Assembly (NCBI GenBank): GCA_020184695.1
Contig: JAANOX010000202.1
Coordinates: forward strand, 1 to 64,000
From: Histomonas meleagridis 2922-C6/04-290x
Lineage: Eukaryota; Protista; Parabasalia
Reading direction: 5' to 3'
Length of the DNA: 64,000 bases
Part shown: positions 1-11,111 of the stretch, piece by piece
Layout of the letters: each line of letters starts with the position of its first letter
How positions within the stretch are numbered: the first letter of the stretch is position 1
Translations under genes and position numbers: made by a program
Notes under the pieces: model-generated
Databases searched by the model: none
Told to the model about the DNA's origin: nothing
What the model saw: the letters and a program-made list of their open reading frames with translations, nothing else

Positions 1-1049
1 AAGCTACGCATGCCCAGTGTGATCTCGACAGGAAGTTAAATATCTAGCACACCACAAACATTAAACCGCTTCATCATTTTAATGTATTCTGCTAACCAAA
101 GTATTTAGACTTATGAATATCTAGTGTATCTGTGGTTTTACTTATATACAGTAAGTTTCAGTAGTTAATAATGAAGTTTTGGAAATCAGTACAATTAGAT
201 TAGAACAAAGTGGAATCATAGAACAATATATATATAAATGGAGATGTTAGTTTGTCACTCTTAGTTAATAAAACATAAAGATTTATCGAATCAAGAATGT
301 GGATGTCATAACAACTCTTATTGAACTAAGTAAGAATAATGAACATCTTTCAGTATAATACAATGATGAAGCTCTTTCATAATCGATACAGGCTGGGCAC
401 ACTGATATCTAAACGCCCGCCCAAACGTCTCGGCAGCTTCTAATAACGCTGTTAATCGATGCTAGCTGATTCTGCGCAATCACTAGAAAGAGATTACCGT
501 TATTGTAATATGATTTAAATACATGCTTAGACGAGAGATCAGTGCAACTGATTCGATCAGGTTCAAGTCAAACTGGTTGATTGTGGAGGTATACATCTCT
601 CGGCAGGAATGTAAGATTATGTTTGTGGATCATCATGTGATGAAAGGCCCAGTAACGACGCTGAATGATCATGTGCCATCAGCCTCTGGACCTGAGATCT
701 GGCCTATGGGTCTGTCAGGATAACTTTCATCACGTGCAACACCAAGCATTAATATAGTGTACAAACTCCTTTTTCAGACGTACTACAGAATGGAAAGATT
801 CCGGTACTAAAATTCGATCAGCTATCTCGAGCTAGTTTGTCGACGGTCTCAATAAGTTAGTGTTTAAAGATCCATTAAATGAACTGGGTGTCAATAGTCA
901 TATTACAAAATGACATGAACAGTATTTCGCGTGTGACATCAGCTCTTGGAGAGATGCGTTTTGGTATCTTCGGAACTGTCAGATCGCGAAACTGAAAACG
1001 TGCACCAGCTACTTTTACTGTCATCATCTGCCAAGTGAGCCATAGCCAC

Positions 1050-1516
1050 ATGGAAAAAGTGCTGAGGTAATCAACAGAAGAATCAAAACTTTCATTTGAG
1101 TATAAGGATTAATATTAATGATTTTTCTTTTCACGATAACATAAACCAACAATACCGACATCATATGAACATTTCTTAAATAAGGTTGGCGATTGTAAAA
1201 CATTTGAGTGCTTATCATTAAACCAAACATAACATTGAGAAGCATTCATAAATTGGATTAATCCTTGTTCAATTGCTGTTTGAATAGGTATATTACCTAA
1301 ATTTTTCAAAATATTTTCTATTATACAATAGTTGCGATCGTTTTCTTGAGTATTTAGTTGATTAATTGTAGCTTTATGAGATTTGTTATTATTTGATCGA
1401 TTATGTTGAACATTTGGTACAGCTAAATAAGGGTTATATCTTCCGTTCTTTAAAACGCCTGTCTTATTATCTGTATGCTTTTGACGAGGATCAATCCCGA
1501 AGTGCCCAAAACTCAT
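1050..1516 (-). pseudogene. GAF-domain protein N-terminus (probably cyclic-nucleotide phosphodiesterase type), frameshifted and degenerate towards the window start
   Basis: ORF 1115-1516 ends in GIVGLCYREKK (GAF-like). Shifting frame at the T5 run 1122-1126 gives KIININPY, and a further shift gives SNESFDSSVDY. Downstream sequence (1-1050) has no sustained frame. Confidence 0.5.
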
Positions 1517-1924
1517 TGCAAATAACGTACTTATCTGAAAAAGTATGTTTTTGACAATATTGTCAAAAATTGTAAACAGGATTTAAAAACTTTACAAAAT
1601 ATTGGTAGTTAATAAAATTGGGCTACCCCATTTTTTATAACACTTTTTGTAAGTGATTTGGTCAGCCGTTTTTTGTTATTCATTTAATAATTTTTTTTCA
1701 ATATCAGGGACCGTTAATGTACAGAAATATCTGTTTTTTCAATTCTTGATTTAACTCCAAAAATAAATAAAAATATCTTATTATATAAATAAATTATTAA
1801 TATCTTTTGATTTTAAAAATTTTATCCTTATTTTTATGTAAAATATAATAAGTTTAATAAATGTTTTATGAAGATTTCATGAATTTTTCTAAGTAAAGAT
1901 TTTCAAATGATTTAAATTCACATA

Positions 1925-4900
1925 ATGAGGCGTGAAATTGACCCAAACACGCCATTAATTATTGGACTTCGTCCTAATGAAAGTGGTTCATTTTCAGGGT
2001 TTCATTTTACATGTTTTGAATGGGTTTCTACTGGAAAACTTTTTCATTCTCCATCATTTAATTTATCAAATCTTTGTGCTGTTGGAACATCAGAAGGACC
2101 AATTTTATTAGTTTCTAAGCTTGCACAAACAATTGTTCCTGTTTGTTTTTTATGCGGTCACAAATCTCCAGTAACAAGTCTTTTAATGACTTTACAGACA
2201 AATACATTTATTTCTGCTTCATCAGATGGTACAATTGCAGCATGGCATTGTGATGATGGATCATGTCGATTTATTTTTGAAAATATTCTACCATCAGGTT
2301 TTATTAATTTATCAATTTCGCAATATAGTTGTGCTCAAATATGGGCATGGACAGTTGGGCAAGGAGCTATACTTTTAGACTTAATCAATGGTCAAATTAT
2401 AAAAAAAATTTTATTTCCAGGACTAATTTCATTTTCACTTCTTACATCTCTCACATGTAAATATGTTTCAGAAGATAGTCTTATTCTTGTTGGTCATAAT
2501 AAAATAGATCTTTTTCGATTTGATGATGATAATGATGTCGAACATGTCAAATCATTTCCAATCAATTTTAAAATTGGAACTCGTTTTGTTGTTTCAAACT
2601 TTGGTTTATGTAAAATCGAAGGAGATGTATTTGCACTTTATTCACCAACTACAATGGACATCATATTTTATGATAAATTTACAGAACTTGATGAAGGCGA
2701 CTCTATTGCCAATATTAAGTGGGATAGTCAAGATCTTTTCTGTATTAGTTCATATTATGGAAAATTTCGGATCTATGAACTGAGACGAATTAATAATGGG
2801 GCGATGGGATCAGTTCATATTGAATCTGTACATGACTTTTCATATTCAGCTGGATTTGTGGATGCATTTGCATTTACAAAGGCTGAAGGAATAATATTCT
2901 CATCAAATTCCACTTCAATTGTTTCAATGAGTTCATTGAAAAAGTGGGTAAAACTTGTTTTACCAAAAGAAAAAAAAATTTGTTGTGTTCCTGAAATAGA
3001 TGAACCTTTAATCATTCAATCTGATTTTTCTTCATCATTTAATCTTTCTAATTGGGGTAATCCTAAAGCTATAACAAAAGAATTTTCAATCAGTTCGAAA
3101 TTAATTCCAATGTCTCAATCTTCTAACTTTCATGATGCATTAGAATACAACGAGCTTGCCTACAGATCAGATAATAATGTTAAAATCACATCCATAGCTT
3201 GTTATTTTTCGTATTCAAATTCACTTAAAGATTTACAAATAATTGTAGGTGCCTCAAACGGAGCGTTATATTTCTTTACTGAACGTTCGAGCTTTCCTAT
3301 AAGTTCATCTTGTGATCTTCAATCGCCAATAATCGGTATCACAATATTACCCGAAGTTTTTTTGACAAGGGGCCATTTAGCCATCGCTAAAGATGGATCC
3401 ATTGCCTTATATCGGCTCACTAAACTACAGTTTATATATCATGCTGATCAATTTCCCGTATTATCAATATATTATCATTCAACAAATTTATTAATTGTAC
3501 ACAAATCTAATGGTTCCTTTACCATCTACAATGCTAATTCTCCATATCCACTTTCACAGCAGACCTATTTGCCCACTGATTCTAAATTAATTTGGTCGAA
3601 TGTCAACATCCAACTTAATCAAAGCAAAGTATTTTCTACGCTTACAGTATCCATTGGTAACCAATCCACGTTTTATGGTGCTTTACAAGTCACTAAACTT
3701 CATTCGATACCATTTAATGAACTTAACTGCGATATCATTGATACATTAGAGTTATCATATCGCTTATTTAATCCGCATTCGACACCCAACAAAAACGAGA
3801 AGTTTAATGAGAAATTATTTTCATTTGTTCTTGTAGGGAGTAAGAACATACCGACATTCTTCTATCCATTATTCCATTTAAGAGGGAATCGAGTTTTAGA
3901 TGCTTCACCATATAATGCAGCGATACATTATATTTCATATATATTAATATCACGGAAACTTGGTCATGATTCCAATTATTTATCCAAAGGAGAGAACAAA
4001 ACGAAAATCACTGATTTCTTATCTATTTTAACGCAATTATTATTTGTGAATGATGAAACAGTTCAAATAATATCAGCGAATTGTTGTGCGAATTTAATTG
4101 GCACATTATCGATACAAAAATGCAATGATTTAATGAGGCAATATTTACAATATTTAAATCCTAAAGCGTTAGCTAATTATGACAAATTCTTATTATCAAT
4201 AATCGCAGTGGAACATATTGACTTTGTACAAGAAGAATATCAAAAGCAATTGTTTAAGTATATGGTATACACCGCAAATTCGGAACATGCGTCATCGAAC
4301 TTAGCTTTAATTATATTACTTGACGGGTTCAAATTATGGTCTACATTTATGAAGACTAAAGAACGATTCTTTAACTTATTAATCCAAATATTAATGAAGA
4401 AACAAAAAAATGTCTTTTCGAATGTCGAAAAAGTTTTTTCTGTTGTTGCAGCAACTGAAAACGAATCATTTTTTAACTCGATAAATGACATAATTAACAA
4501 GTCAAATGGGAACTTAAATGTCGTGAAATATTTATGTAACTTATGTACGAATGTATCATTTAATAATGTTCAAACAGTAGGTACGAAAGGTACTTTGAAC
4601 ATCGCTTTAATTGGCTCCAATTATAGTCAATATCAAAAAATCACGCAGAAAGAATTGCAATTACATTCATTGACATTTAAAACTGTGAAAGGTGATGGCG
4701 TCTTTTGGTTAATAGGAACAAACGATGGCACAATTCACGTGTTCAAAAAGAATAAATTCATCTTCTCAAAGAAACTGTTCGAAATGCCAATCTCGTTGGT
4801 GTCAATTGGTCCTTCGTCAAAATACGCGGCGGCTTTGTCGGAGGATGAAATGAAGCTCAAAATGTTCGCACTGAAAAAGGGGTTCATGTCAAATAATTGT

Positions 4901-4993
4901 GACGTAGTATCCGAGGCCGTTTTGACGGGCGATGGAAAATTCGATATAACGTGGAGTGACCCAAACTCGTGCCACTTCTATATGATAAAATAA
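1925..4993 (+). CDS. WD40-repeat protein, WDR7/WDR72 (rabconnectin-3 beta)-like
   Basis: 1022-aa ORF. N-terminal LCGHKSPVTSL...FISASSDGTIAAWHCDDGSC resembles the WDR7 first repeats. WD-like C-terminus. Confidence 0.65.
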   Translation: MRREIDPNTPLIIGLRPNESGSFSGFHFTCFEWVSTGKLFHSPSFNLSNLCAVGTSEGPILLVSKLAQTIVPVCFLCGHKSPVTSLLMTLQTNTFISASSDGTIAAWHCDDGSCRFIFENILPSGFINLSISQYSCAQIWAWTVGQGAILLDLINGQIIKKILFPGLISFSLLTSLTCKYVSEDSLILVGHNKIDLFRFDDDNDVEHVKSFPINFKIGTRFVVSNFGLCKIEGDVFALYSPTTMDIIFYDKFTELDEGDSIANIKWDSQDLFCISSYYGKFRIYELRRINNGAMGSVHIESVHDFSYSAGFVDAFAFTKAEGIIFSSNSTSIVSMSSLKKWVKLVLPKEKKICCVPEIDEPLIIQSDFSSSFNLSNWGNPKAITKEFSISSKLIPMSQSSNFHDALEYNELAYRSDNNVKITSIACYFSYSNSLKDLQIIVGASNGALYFFTERSSFPISSSCDLQSPIIGITILPEVFLTRGHLAIAKDGSIALYRLTKLQFIYHADQFPVLSIYYHSTNLLIVHKSNGSFTIYNANSPYPLSQQTYLPTDSKLIWSNVNIQLNQSKVFSTLTVSIGNQSTFYGALQVTKLHSIPFNELNCDIIDTLELSYRLFNPHSTPNKNEKFNEKLFSFVLVGSKNIPTFFYPLFHLRGNRVLDASPYNAAIHYISYILISRKLGHDSNYLSKGENKTKITDFLSILTQLLFVNDETVQIISANCCANLIGTLSIQKCNDLMRQYLQYLNPKALANYDKFLLSIIAVEHIDFVQEEYQKQLFKYMVYTANSEHASSNLALIILLDGFKLWSTFMKTKERFFNLLIQILMKKQKNVFSNVEKVFSVVAATENESFFNSINDIINKSNGNLNVVKYLCNLCTNVSFNNVQTVGTKGTLNIALIGSNYSQYQKITQKELQLHSLTFKTVKGDGVFWLIGTNDGTIHVFKKNKFIFSKKLFEMPISLVSIGPSSKYAAALSEDEMKLKMFALKKGFMSNNCDVVSEAVLTGDGKFDITWSDPNSCHFYMIK

Positions 4994-5131
4994 ATTAAAT
5001 AAATTGTGTAATAAACTAAAAATAGAATTAAAGAGTTTGATTTTTTGAAATTGACATAAATTTCAATTATATTACGATTACTCGTAAAAGAGTCTTATGA
5101 TGATTATCATTTTGTCAAGAATTTAATTTAA

Positions 5132-5331
5132 GGCGCTTCCTTGTAATTAAGCCCAAGGCAAAAAAAAAATGGGGACTAAGAAATAATTTGTAAACTATTT
5201 AATCACGGGGTGCCCTTATGGCCGAAAATCAGATTTATATGGTTTCTAGAAACGAGTGGAATACTCCCACAGTTGATTTTTTGAACAGCTGGGATTCAAA
5301 ATTACGTTCTTTTTGGGCATAATTCAGCGCC
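5132..5331. mobile_element. Putative non-autonomous DNA transposon (MITE) with TTAA target-site duplication, Kolobok-like
   Basis: TTAA (5128-5131) + GGCGCT...AGCGCC + TTAA (5332-5335). A second IR segment pairs AATTAAGCCCAA with TTGGGCATAATT. The interior is GC-richer than the flanks, contains several hairpins and has no ORF. Confidence 0.5.
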
Positions 5332-5646
5332 TTAATCTAAATTTAAATGAAGAACAAAACAGAGAAAGGCAACAAGTGAAATAAAACGACCACAAATATA
5401 TACGTTTACATGAAGATTCAATTTTGAGAACCAACTTGAACACATAAACACTTTTTGAGAAACCAAGAAAAAATGATTAAACATGTTTTTTTTGAAGTAT
5501 TCATAAATTAAAAAATCCAATTTTAAATATATATACTCCCTATTATTAAATTTTATTATATAAAAGCTAAAAATCAACGTTATTTTTTTTTCTTTATTAG
5601 TGATTCACAAACCAAATCTAAAACTATCAAAGATCTAAATAAAATA

Positions 5647-6483
5647 TCATTGATTCTGATTCTGCCCATTATTTGAGTCCGATTTGTCAGGGTTTTGATT
5701 ATTTTCCCTACTCCCCATCATCAACGCATCCTGTATGTCTGGGTCGTTTAACCTGTCACTGGTTTTGAGTGATTCTTCGATAGCTTTTTGTATTTCTTCA
5801 TTTGACGCTTCTTCGCGAGACATTTTTAATGCCATCTCCAACTCAATATCATCTTCAATCAAATCAGGGTTGCCTGAAGGATTGAGAGGAGATGAAAGAA
5901 CTGTATCTGAAAGGAGCATATTGAATGGCGTGGCATGAATTAAAACATTCAACATGTTAGGCTTACCAGCATCCGTGTATGATTTCTGAAGTGATTGGAC
6001 AAGATTTTCCAGTATGTATTCGTTTGGAACATCATTGCCCATAACAACAAAGCTTACCGAAATTTGGTTATCTTTAGCTTCTTCAAAAAGTTTTTGGCAA
6101 TGACTTTCTTCAAGGTCATTGGGTGAACCAATAAAAGCTATGACTTGCCTGTTTTTTATTTCGCTATTTTTGAGTGTAAGATAAGCACATCGAATTGCTT
6201 GAACAAGTTTGGCTGATCCTCCTGTTTGAATTTTACCCAATTTTTCTTGTAATTTAGAAATTACATTATTATAATTATTATAATTTTTGCAAAGAGATAC
6301 AACAATTGGACCACCTTTTGCTAAAACTCCAATTCCTACATCTGAATTTTTGATATAAATATGAATCAACCCACCTGCTGCTTCAAGTTGAGCACTTAGA
6401 CGATCTGGATAAAAATCTCCATTGATTGACATATCTGAGTTGTCTATAAGAATCATAATTGCTTTTGGTTCATTTTTTTCCAT
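5647..6483 (-). CDS. RPN10: 26S proteasome ubiquitin receptor Rpn10/PSMD4
   Basis: vWA start ILIDNSDMSINGDFYPDRLSAQ, AFIGSP motif, and UIM-like DIELEMALKMSREE. Confidence 0.9.
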   Translation of the reverse strand: MEKNEPKAIMILIDNSDMSINGDFYPDRLSAQLEAAGGLIHIYIKNSDVGIGVLAKGGPIVVSLCKNYNNYNNVISKLQEKLGKIQTGGSAKLVQAIRCAYLTLKNSEIKNRQVIAFIGSPNDLEESHCQKLFEEAKDNQISVSFVVMGNDVPNEYILENLVQSLQKSYTDAGKPNMLNVLIHATPFNMLLSDTVLSSPLNPSGNPDLIEDDIELEMALKMSREEASNEEIQKAIEESLKTSDRLNDPDIQDALMMGSRENNQNPDKSDSNNGQNQNQ

Positions 6484-6616
6484 TTTTTTGTTCTTATTTT
6501 TTTGGTCGGTTTTGGGAACTTGGTTTGGGGTGCCCCAAAGTTGTTTTGTTATTTTTTTTTTTTTTTGGAAAAAACAAAATAAAAAACAAATATTATTTTA
6601 CAAAACAAAAAAAAAA

Positions 6617-9600
6617 TTATGTTGTAGACCTTGAGTATGTTTTTGTAACTTTTTTTGTTGGAACAATAATAGGTTCATTTAATAATGCTTCAACTCTTTG
6701 ATGTAATGCTTCATCAAGTGGAAATGGATCAATAGGATAAAATTTTGCATCGTCTTTTTTGATTTTAATATCATCTAAATCAGATGAAATTGATACAATA
6801 TCTTCTTCATCAAAAATTTTTTGTTTTTCTTTAGGTCTTTTGATAACAACTTCTGTTCTCTTTCGAATAAACGGAGTTGTAGTTTGTGTTGATTCAACTG
6901 TCATTTTTGTTGTTTCTTCTTGATGTTCTTCCATAGGAATATTTGGTGGTGGATTTGGATAAGGTCTTTCATAAAGTGAAGGATCTAAATCCCATATTGG
7001 TCCAAAAGTTTGTTGTGGAAATGGTGCATGAACAGCTTGAAAAATTGCAACAGGTGGTGGATGTGGTTGCATTGGATTATATTGATATAATGGTGCAAAT
7101 GAACCACTTTGAACTTGTGCATGTGATGGATTAAAGTTTTCTTTTGATCGATCTATGTTTATTAGTTTTAATCGAGGTTTTTCTCTTTTAGATTTATTTT
7201 TTTCTTTTTTCTTTGATTTCTTTTTGTTCTTAATAGATTTATTGTTTATTTTCATTCTTTGTTTAGGAACAATTTCTCCATCACTTATATGATCATCACT
7301 AATATTAACATTTTGATTTTCTTTTGGAATTTTTGTTTCTACATCAGATTCGATTGTATCTGATTTTGAAGAATTTATTATACTTTCTTCATTATTAACA
7401 TTTATATTTAAGTCTTGATCATGATTTATAGTTATTGTATTTTTATTAGTTTCATATAATGCTGGTAAAATAAATTGTTCAAAATCAATTAATTCATTAG
7501 GTATTATTTCATTACAAGGAAATTTAACTAAAGCTCTTGGAATTCCAGATCTAAGCCATGGAACAATATGGGAAACAATAGACGAAATTAATATATTAGA
7601 TTCAGGTATTTCATTCATAGGCTTTATAAAAGAAAATAATGCATTTTGGAATTGAGATATAAATTTTGGAGTAATTTTTGCAGCAATTTCACATGCAAAA
7701 TCTACAAACTCAGGGTCATTTTCAAAATTCCCATTCGATCTCATATAAAGATTATAAATTTCTTCATCGAAATTTTCTTCTCCGATATTAATAAAATTAT
7801 CTATCATCATTCTTTGATTAATAAAATCTGGATAAGGTATTAAACGAAGCGCAGAATTACCTGGACGATGAAGAATCATATTTTCATTCATTGATATGTA
7901 TCTCCAACGAACAAACCAAATCAATTGTAAAAATTCACGAATAGCAATTAATAAATTTGTTGGAATATACATTGATCTTCCATTACAAAAATTTGATATG
8001 TTAATATAATCAGCAACACAAAATGCAATTCCACAAATCATTGCAAAATCTGAACATTCATCAATTGTTTCAGGTATTGGCATTGATATAGATTCTTCAA
8101 GTACACATAATGAAGAAATAAAACCAATTTTTGGATTTTCAGATGTTGGTCTTGAATCATGAATTTTTTGTTTAAGAATGTTATTAATTGCTGTTAAACA
8201 CAATGCTCTGATTTCAGGTTCATCTATTGGCGACGCTTTATAACAAATATCCATTGCTCTAAATAATGAAACTGGATCTGATAAATATAATCCAGCAATT
8301 CTTGAAAAAAGATGAATTGAATCTGTTGAAATTGATTCATGATGAGCAATAATAACTGCACGATCAAATCTTCCTAATTCAAGCATTAATTCAAGAAGTA
8401 AACATAAATCTACGGGAACATCTTCAATATCAATAAAATCTGTTTCATATAATATATTTCGAATATAATCAGTAACAGCAAAAATATCTGCATCATATTG
8501 TGGATCTGGTGGTTTCATTTCATCATTTTCTTCTTGAATTGTTTGATAGAAATTAATTAAAGAAGAATTTTTTTCATGTGGAACATATTTCCAGTCTTTA
8601 AGTTTAAGTTCATCATCAAGAATTCGATATAATAAATGATCTCTGTTATTACTTGAAAGAGATAATCTTTTTAAAAATACTTCATATGATTTAAGTTTTT
8701 GTTGCGTTAGCCAAAAAGTTGACCTAATTAAAAAGTAGCACAACAAATGATTTTTAGGATTTTCAAGAAGTGTATCTAATGATTTATCAAGAAATTGCAA
8801 AACATAAAACCTTAGAGGGCTTTTAAGATCAAAGATATGAAATAATTCAGTATAATATAATACATGAACAATATCAAATGGATTTGAAGGGTTTAATTTT
8901 TGTAATAATAAAAGCGTTGAATTTATTAGTTCAGCTTCAATTTTATTTGGAAAAGGTAAAGACATTAAATTATCTATATGCTGCTCAATTAAATTTAAAT
9001 CAATTCTTAAGATACGAAATGAATCTTTCGAATAAACTACAAATCTTGATGGATCAAATGAGTCAGCTGTTACATGAAGTGAAGATTTCATTTCATAGCT
9101 GAATGGATCTAAATCACAAATACAATGTCTTAAAGATTTCCCACTTCTTGTTATGGCACCAACATCTCCAGAAGCTGATGTTAATATACAAAACTGGCTA
9201 TTTGATGACCAAGCAACATCTCTTAAGAACGTATTTTTTGATTCAAAAACATTTTCCATTGGAATTTTATTAATGATTTTAAGCCATCTTGTAATTATCA
9301 TTATATGTTTATTTGCAGATAATATAAATATTCTCCCACATGGGCTCCAAAAAACAGTTGGTCGTTGAGTTTCATCTAACTGTTCAATACAAATTGAATA
9401 ATGTTGAAAATTTTTTTGATTATCATTTAAAGTAAAAATATTACTATAAATATTCACTGTATTAAATGGTTTACAAGGAGGAAGCATAAACGTAAGCAAA
9501 CAAACACCAGATCCTTCATCTGAATTATGATATGAACTTAAATTTTGAAAAACACGTGATGTGTTTTTTCCAAATTTATCAAAATGGGGAATTATAAAAT

Positions 9601-10171
9601 TAGATTCATCTGTTAAATTAATCCATGTACCATCGCCATGTAAGCTTTCTGGAATTTGATGCCAAACCCAGATATCATCATCAACATAAACAGAAAGAAG
9701 TTTACCATCTTCACTAATTGAAAACGTTTTGACATGCGATGAAAAATCTGATATTGGTTTATTTTGTTTTCCAAAAACATATGGAATATCATTGACTTGA
9801 TTATGAGATCTAGAAACTATAATTTTCTCTCCAGAAGGATTAACTGCTTCTCCAATATTAATATATGAATCTGTTTCTAAGAAGTTAAATGGAATTGGAA
9901 TTGTAAAAACTGGACTTCGATGTAAATTTTCATGAATTGCCATTAGAGGTGTTAACTTAGGGAGATGGATTGATACTGATTTTGAAGGTGAAGATTTTAC
10001 TGAAAATATTTTTTTTGATAATAACTTGTATGATTTAATTCTTTTCCATTCATTTTCAGTATAATAAAAACCGCACCCAGGTTTTATTAAAACAAGTTCT
10101 TGCTTGTAAAATGATATAAAAAAATCTTTTTTTGTTCTTGGAAGGCGTATTACTTTATCTGTTTCCCACAT
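6617..10171 (-). CDS. Large beta-propeller/helical protein, CPLANE1 (JBTS17/C5orf42)-like N-terminus with low-complexity Pro/Lys-rich tail
   Basis: 1184-aa ORF. Motifs SEDGKLL..IWVW, GTW, FWSPCG, DVAWSSNSQF..SGDVGAITRSGKSL and VTADSFDPSRFVV are colinear with the CPLANE1 N-terminal domain as recalled. Confidence 0.55.
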   Translation of the reverse strand: MWETDKVIRLPRTKKDFFISFYKQELVLIKPGCGFYYTENEWKRIKSYKLLSKKIFSVKSSPSKSVSIHLPKLTPLMAIHENLHRSPVFTIPIPFNFLETDSYINIGEAVNPSGEKIIVSRSHNQVNDIPYVFGKQNKPISDFSSHVKTFSISEDGKLLSVYVDDDIWVWHQIPESLHGDGTWINLTDESNFIIPHFDKFGKNTSRVFQNLSSYHNSDEGSGVCLLTFMLPPCKPFNTVNIYSNIFTLNDNQKNFQHYSICIEQLDETQRPTVFWSPCGRIFILSANKHIMIITRWLKIINKIPMENVFESKNTFLRDVAWSSNSQFCILTSASGDVGAITRSGKSLRHCICDLDPFSYEMKSSLHVTADSFDPSRFVVYSKDSFRILRIDLNLIEQHIDNLMSLPFPNKIEAELINSTLLLLQKLNPSNPFDIVHVLYYTELFHIFDLKSPLRFYVLQFLDKSLDTLLENPKNHLLCYFLIRSTFWLTQQKLKSYEVFLKRLSLSSNNRDHLLYRILDDELKLKDWKYVPHEKNSSLINFYQTIQEENDEMKPPDPQYDADIFAVTDYIRNILYETDFIDIEDVPVDLCLLLELMLELGRFDRAVIIAHHESISTDSIHLFSRIAGLYLSDPVSLFRAMDICYKASPIDEPEIRALCLTAINNILKQKIHDSRPTSENPKIGFISSLCVLEESISMPIPETIDECSDFAMICGIAFCVADYINISNFCNGRSMYIPTNLLIAIREFLQLIWFVRWRYISMNENMILHRPGNSALRLIPYPDFINQRMMIDNFINIGEENFDEEIYNLYMRSNGNFENDPEFVDFACEIAAKITPKFISQFQNALFSFIKPMNEIPESNILISSIVSHIVPWLRSGIPRALVKFPCNEIIPNELIDFEQFILPALYETNKNTITINHDQDLNINVNNEESIINSSKSDTIESDVETKIPKENQNVNISDDHISDGEIVPKQRMKINNKSIKNKKKSKKKEKNKSKREKPRLKLINIDRSKENFNPSHAQVQSGSFAPLYQYNPMQPHPPPVAIFQAVHAPFPQQTFGPIWDLDPSLYERPYPNPPPNIPMEEHQEETTKMTVESTQTTTPFIRKRTEVVIKRPKEKQKIFDEEDIVSISSDLDDIKIKKDDAKFYPIDPFPLDEALHQRVEALLNEPIIVPTKKVTKTYSRSTT

Positions 10172-10219
10172 TAATAAACGTCATCTTTCTATCGTTCATA
10201 CGTTTAAATTTTGCAATTT

Positions 10220-10903
10220 ATGAGAGTAAAAAGAAACATACAAGAAACTGAAGAAATTTCTACTGTTGAACTTGATAATTCAAGGCTTCGCGAAATGTTA
10301 AGGAGACAAATGGAAAGTACGAGAAAAAGAATTACAAATCAAGTCGAAAATCAACGACTTCAGGAATTACTTAAGAAACAAATGATTAGATCAAAATATC
10401 AAGATCAAATTTTAGTTGGTGAAAATATGAGATTTGATCGTAATCTTTATTCAAAAATATTATCTTCTCAGCCACCTAAAATTACTTCTCAAGAAGTTGA
10501 GAAACTTAATTCAACAGTTCATTTGCAGCTAGAAAAATTAAAAATAGAATTACCAGATTTAGAACAATGGAATCAATATGATTCACCTCAAATAATTTTC
10601 AAATGCATTATGGATCTATGCAATATAATACAGTCAAAGAAACGAGAGATGCGATTGGAACTCGAAAATCTTGAACAACAACTTGTAACAGAAAGAAACA
10701 AACAAAGGGACACAATTAAAAATCTTGAATATAATGTTAATCAAAAAAAGCAACACCTTCAAATGCTCATGACTCAAATAAATAATGAAGAACTCAAATC
10801 AAAAGAAGACAGAAAACAGCATCTTTTAAAATTACGACCTAAAGAACATTTGCTTCAAAGACTTCAAAGGAGACATCGACTTACAACAAGAGAACTACAT
10901 TAA
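10220..10903 (+). CDS. Coiled-coil hypothetical protein
   Basis: Open frame rich in E/Q/K/R/L heptads. First ATG at 10220 (the track starts at TTG 10211). Confidence 0.7.
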   Translation: MRVKRNIQETEEISTVELDNSRLREMLRRQMESTRKRITNQVENQRLQELLKKQMIRSKYQDQILVGENMRFDRNLYSKILSSQPPKITSQEVEKLNSTVHLQLEKLKIELPDLEQWNQYDSPQIIFKCIMDLCNIIQSKKREMRLELENLEQQLVTERNKQRDTIKNLEYNVNQKKQHLQMLMTQINNEELKSKEDRKQHLLKLRPKEHLLQRLQRRHRLTTRELH

Positions 10904-11111
10904 TATAAATAAATTTTTTGATTAATATATTTAGTTATTTATATAAATTTAATAAAAGTAAATCATAGATAATGGGGGTGTTGGACTGTTTAGCAACCAG
11001 TTTTTTTTTGTCAGCAGATAAAAAGTGACAAAAATTAATTGAGTAGTTTATCCAAATGGGTCCCTTTAATCGTTTTCTATTCAAATCTGATTCTCACTTA
11101 ACCTTTTTCAT

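Noticed and set aside
300-480. Plus-strand SIQAGHTDI looked ankyrin-like and raised the idea of TAA read-through or an alternative genetic code
   Set aside because: The match is short and interrupted by TAA and TGA. All good genes in the window end normally in TAA/TAG/TGA.
5355-5400. ACAGAGA box suggestive of U6 snRNA
   Set aside because: No following AGC triad or ISL; it lies within an A-rich stretch.
5332-5577. 81-aa hydrophobic minus-strand ORF
   Set aside because: Low-complexity AT-rich composition and no recognisable motif; likely a chance ORF.
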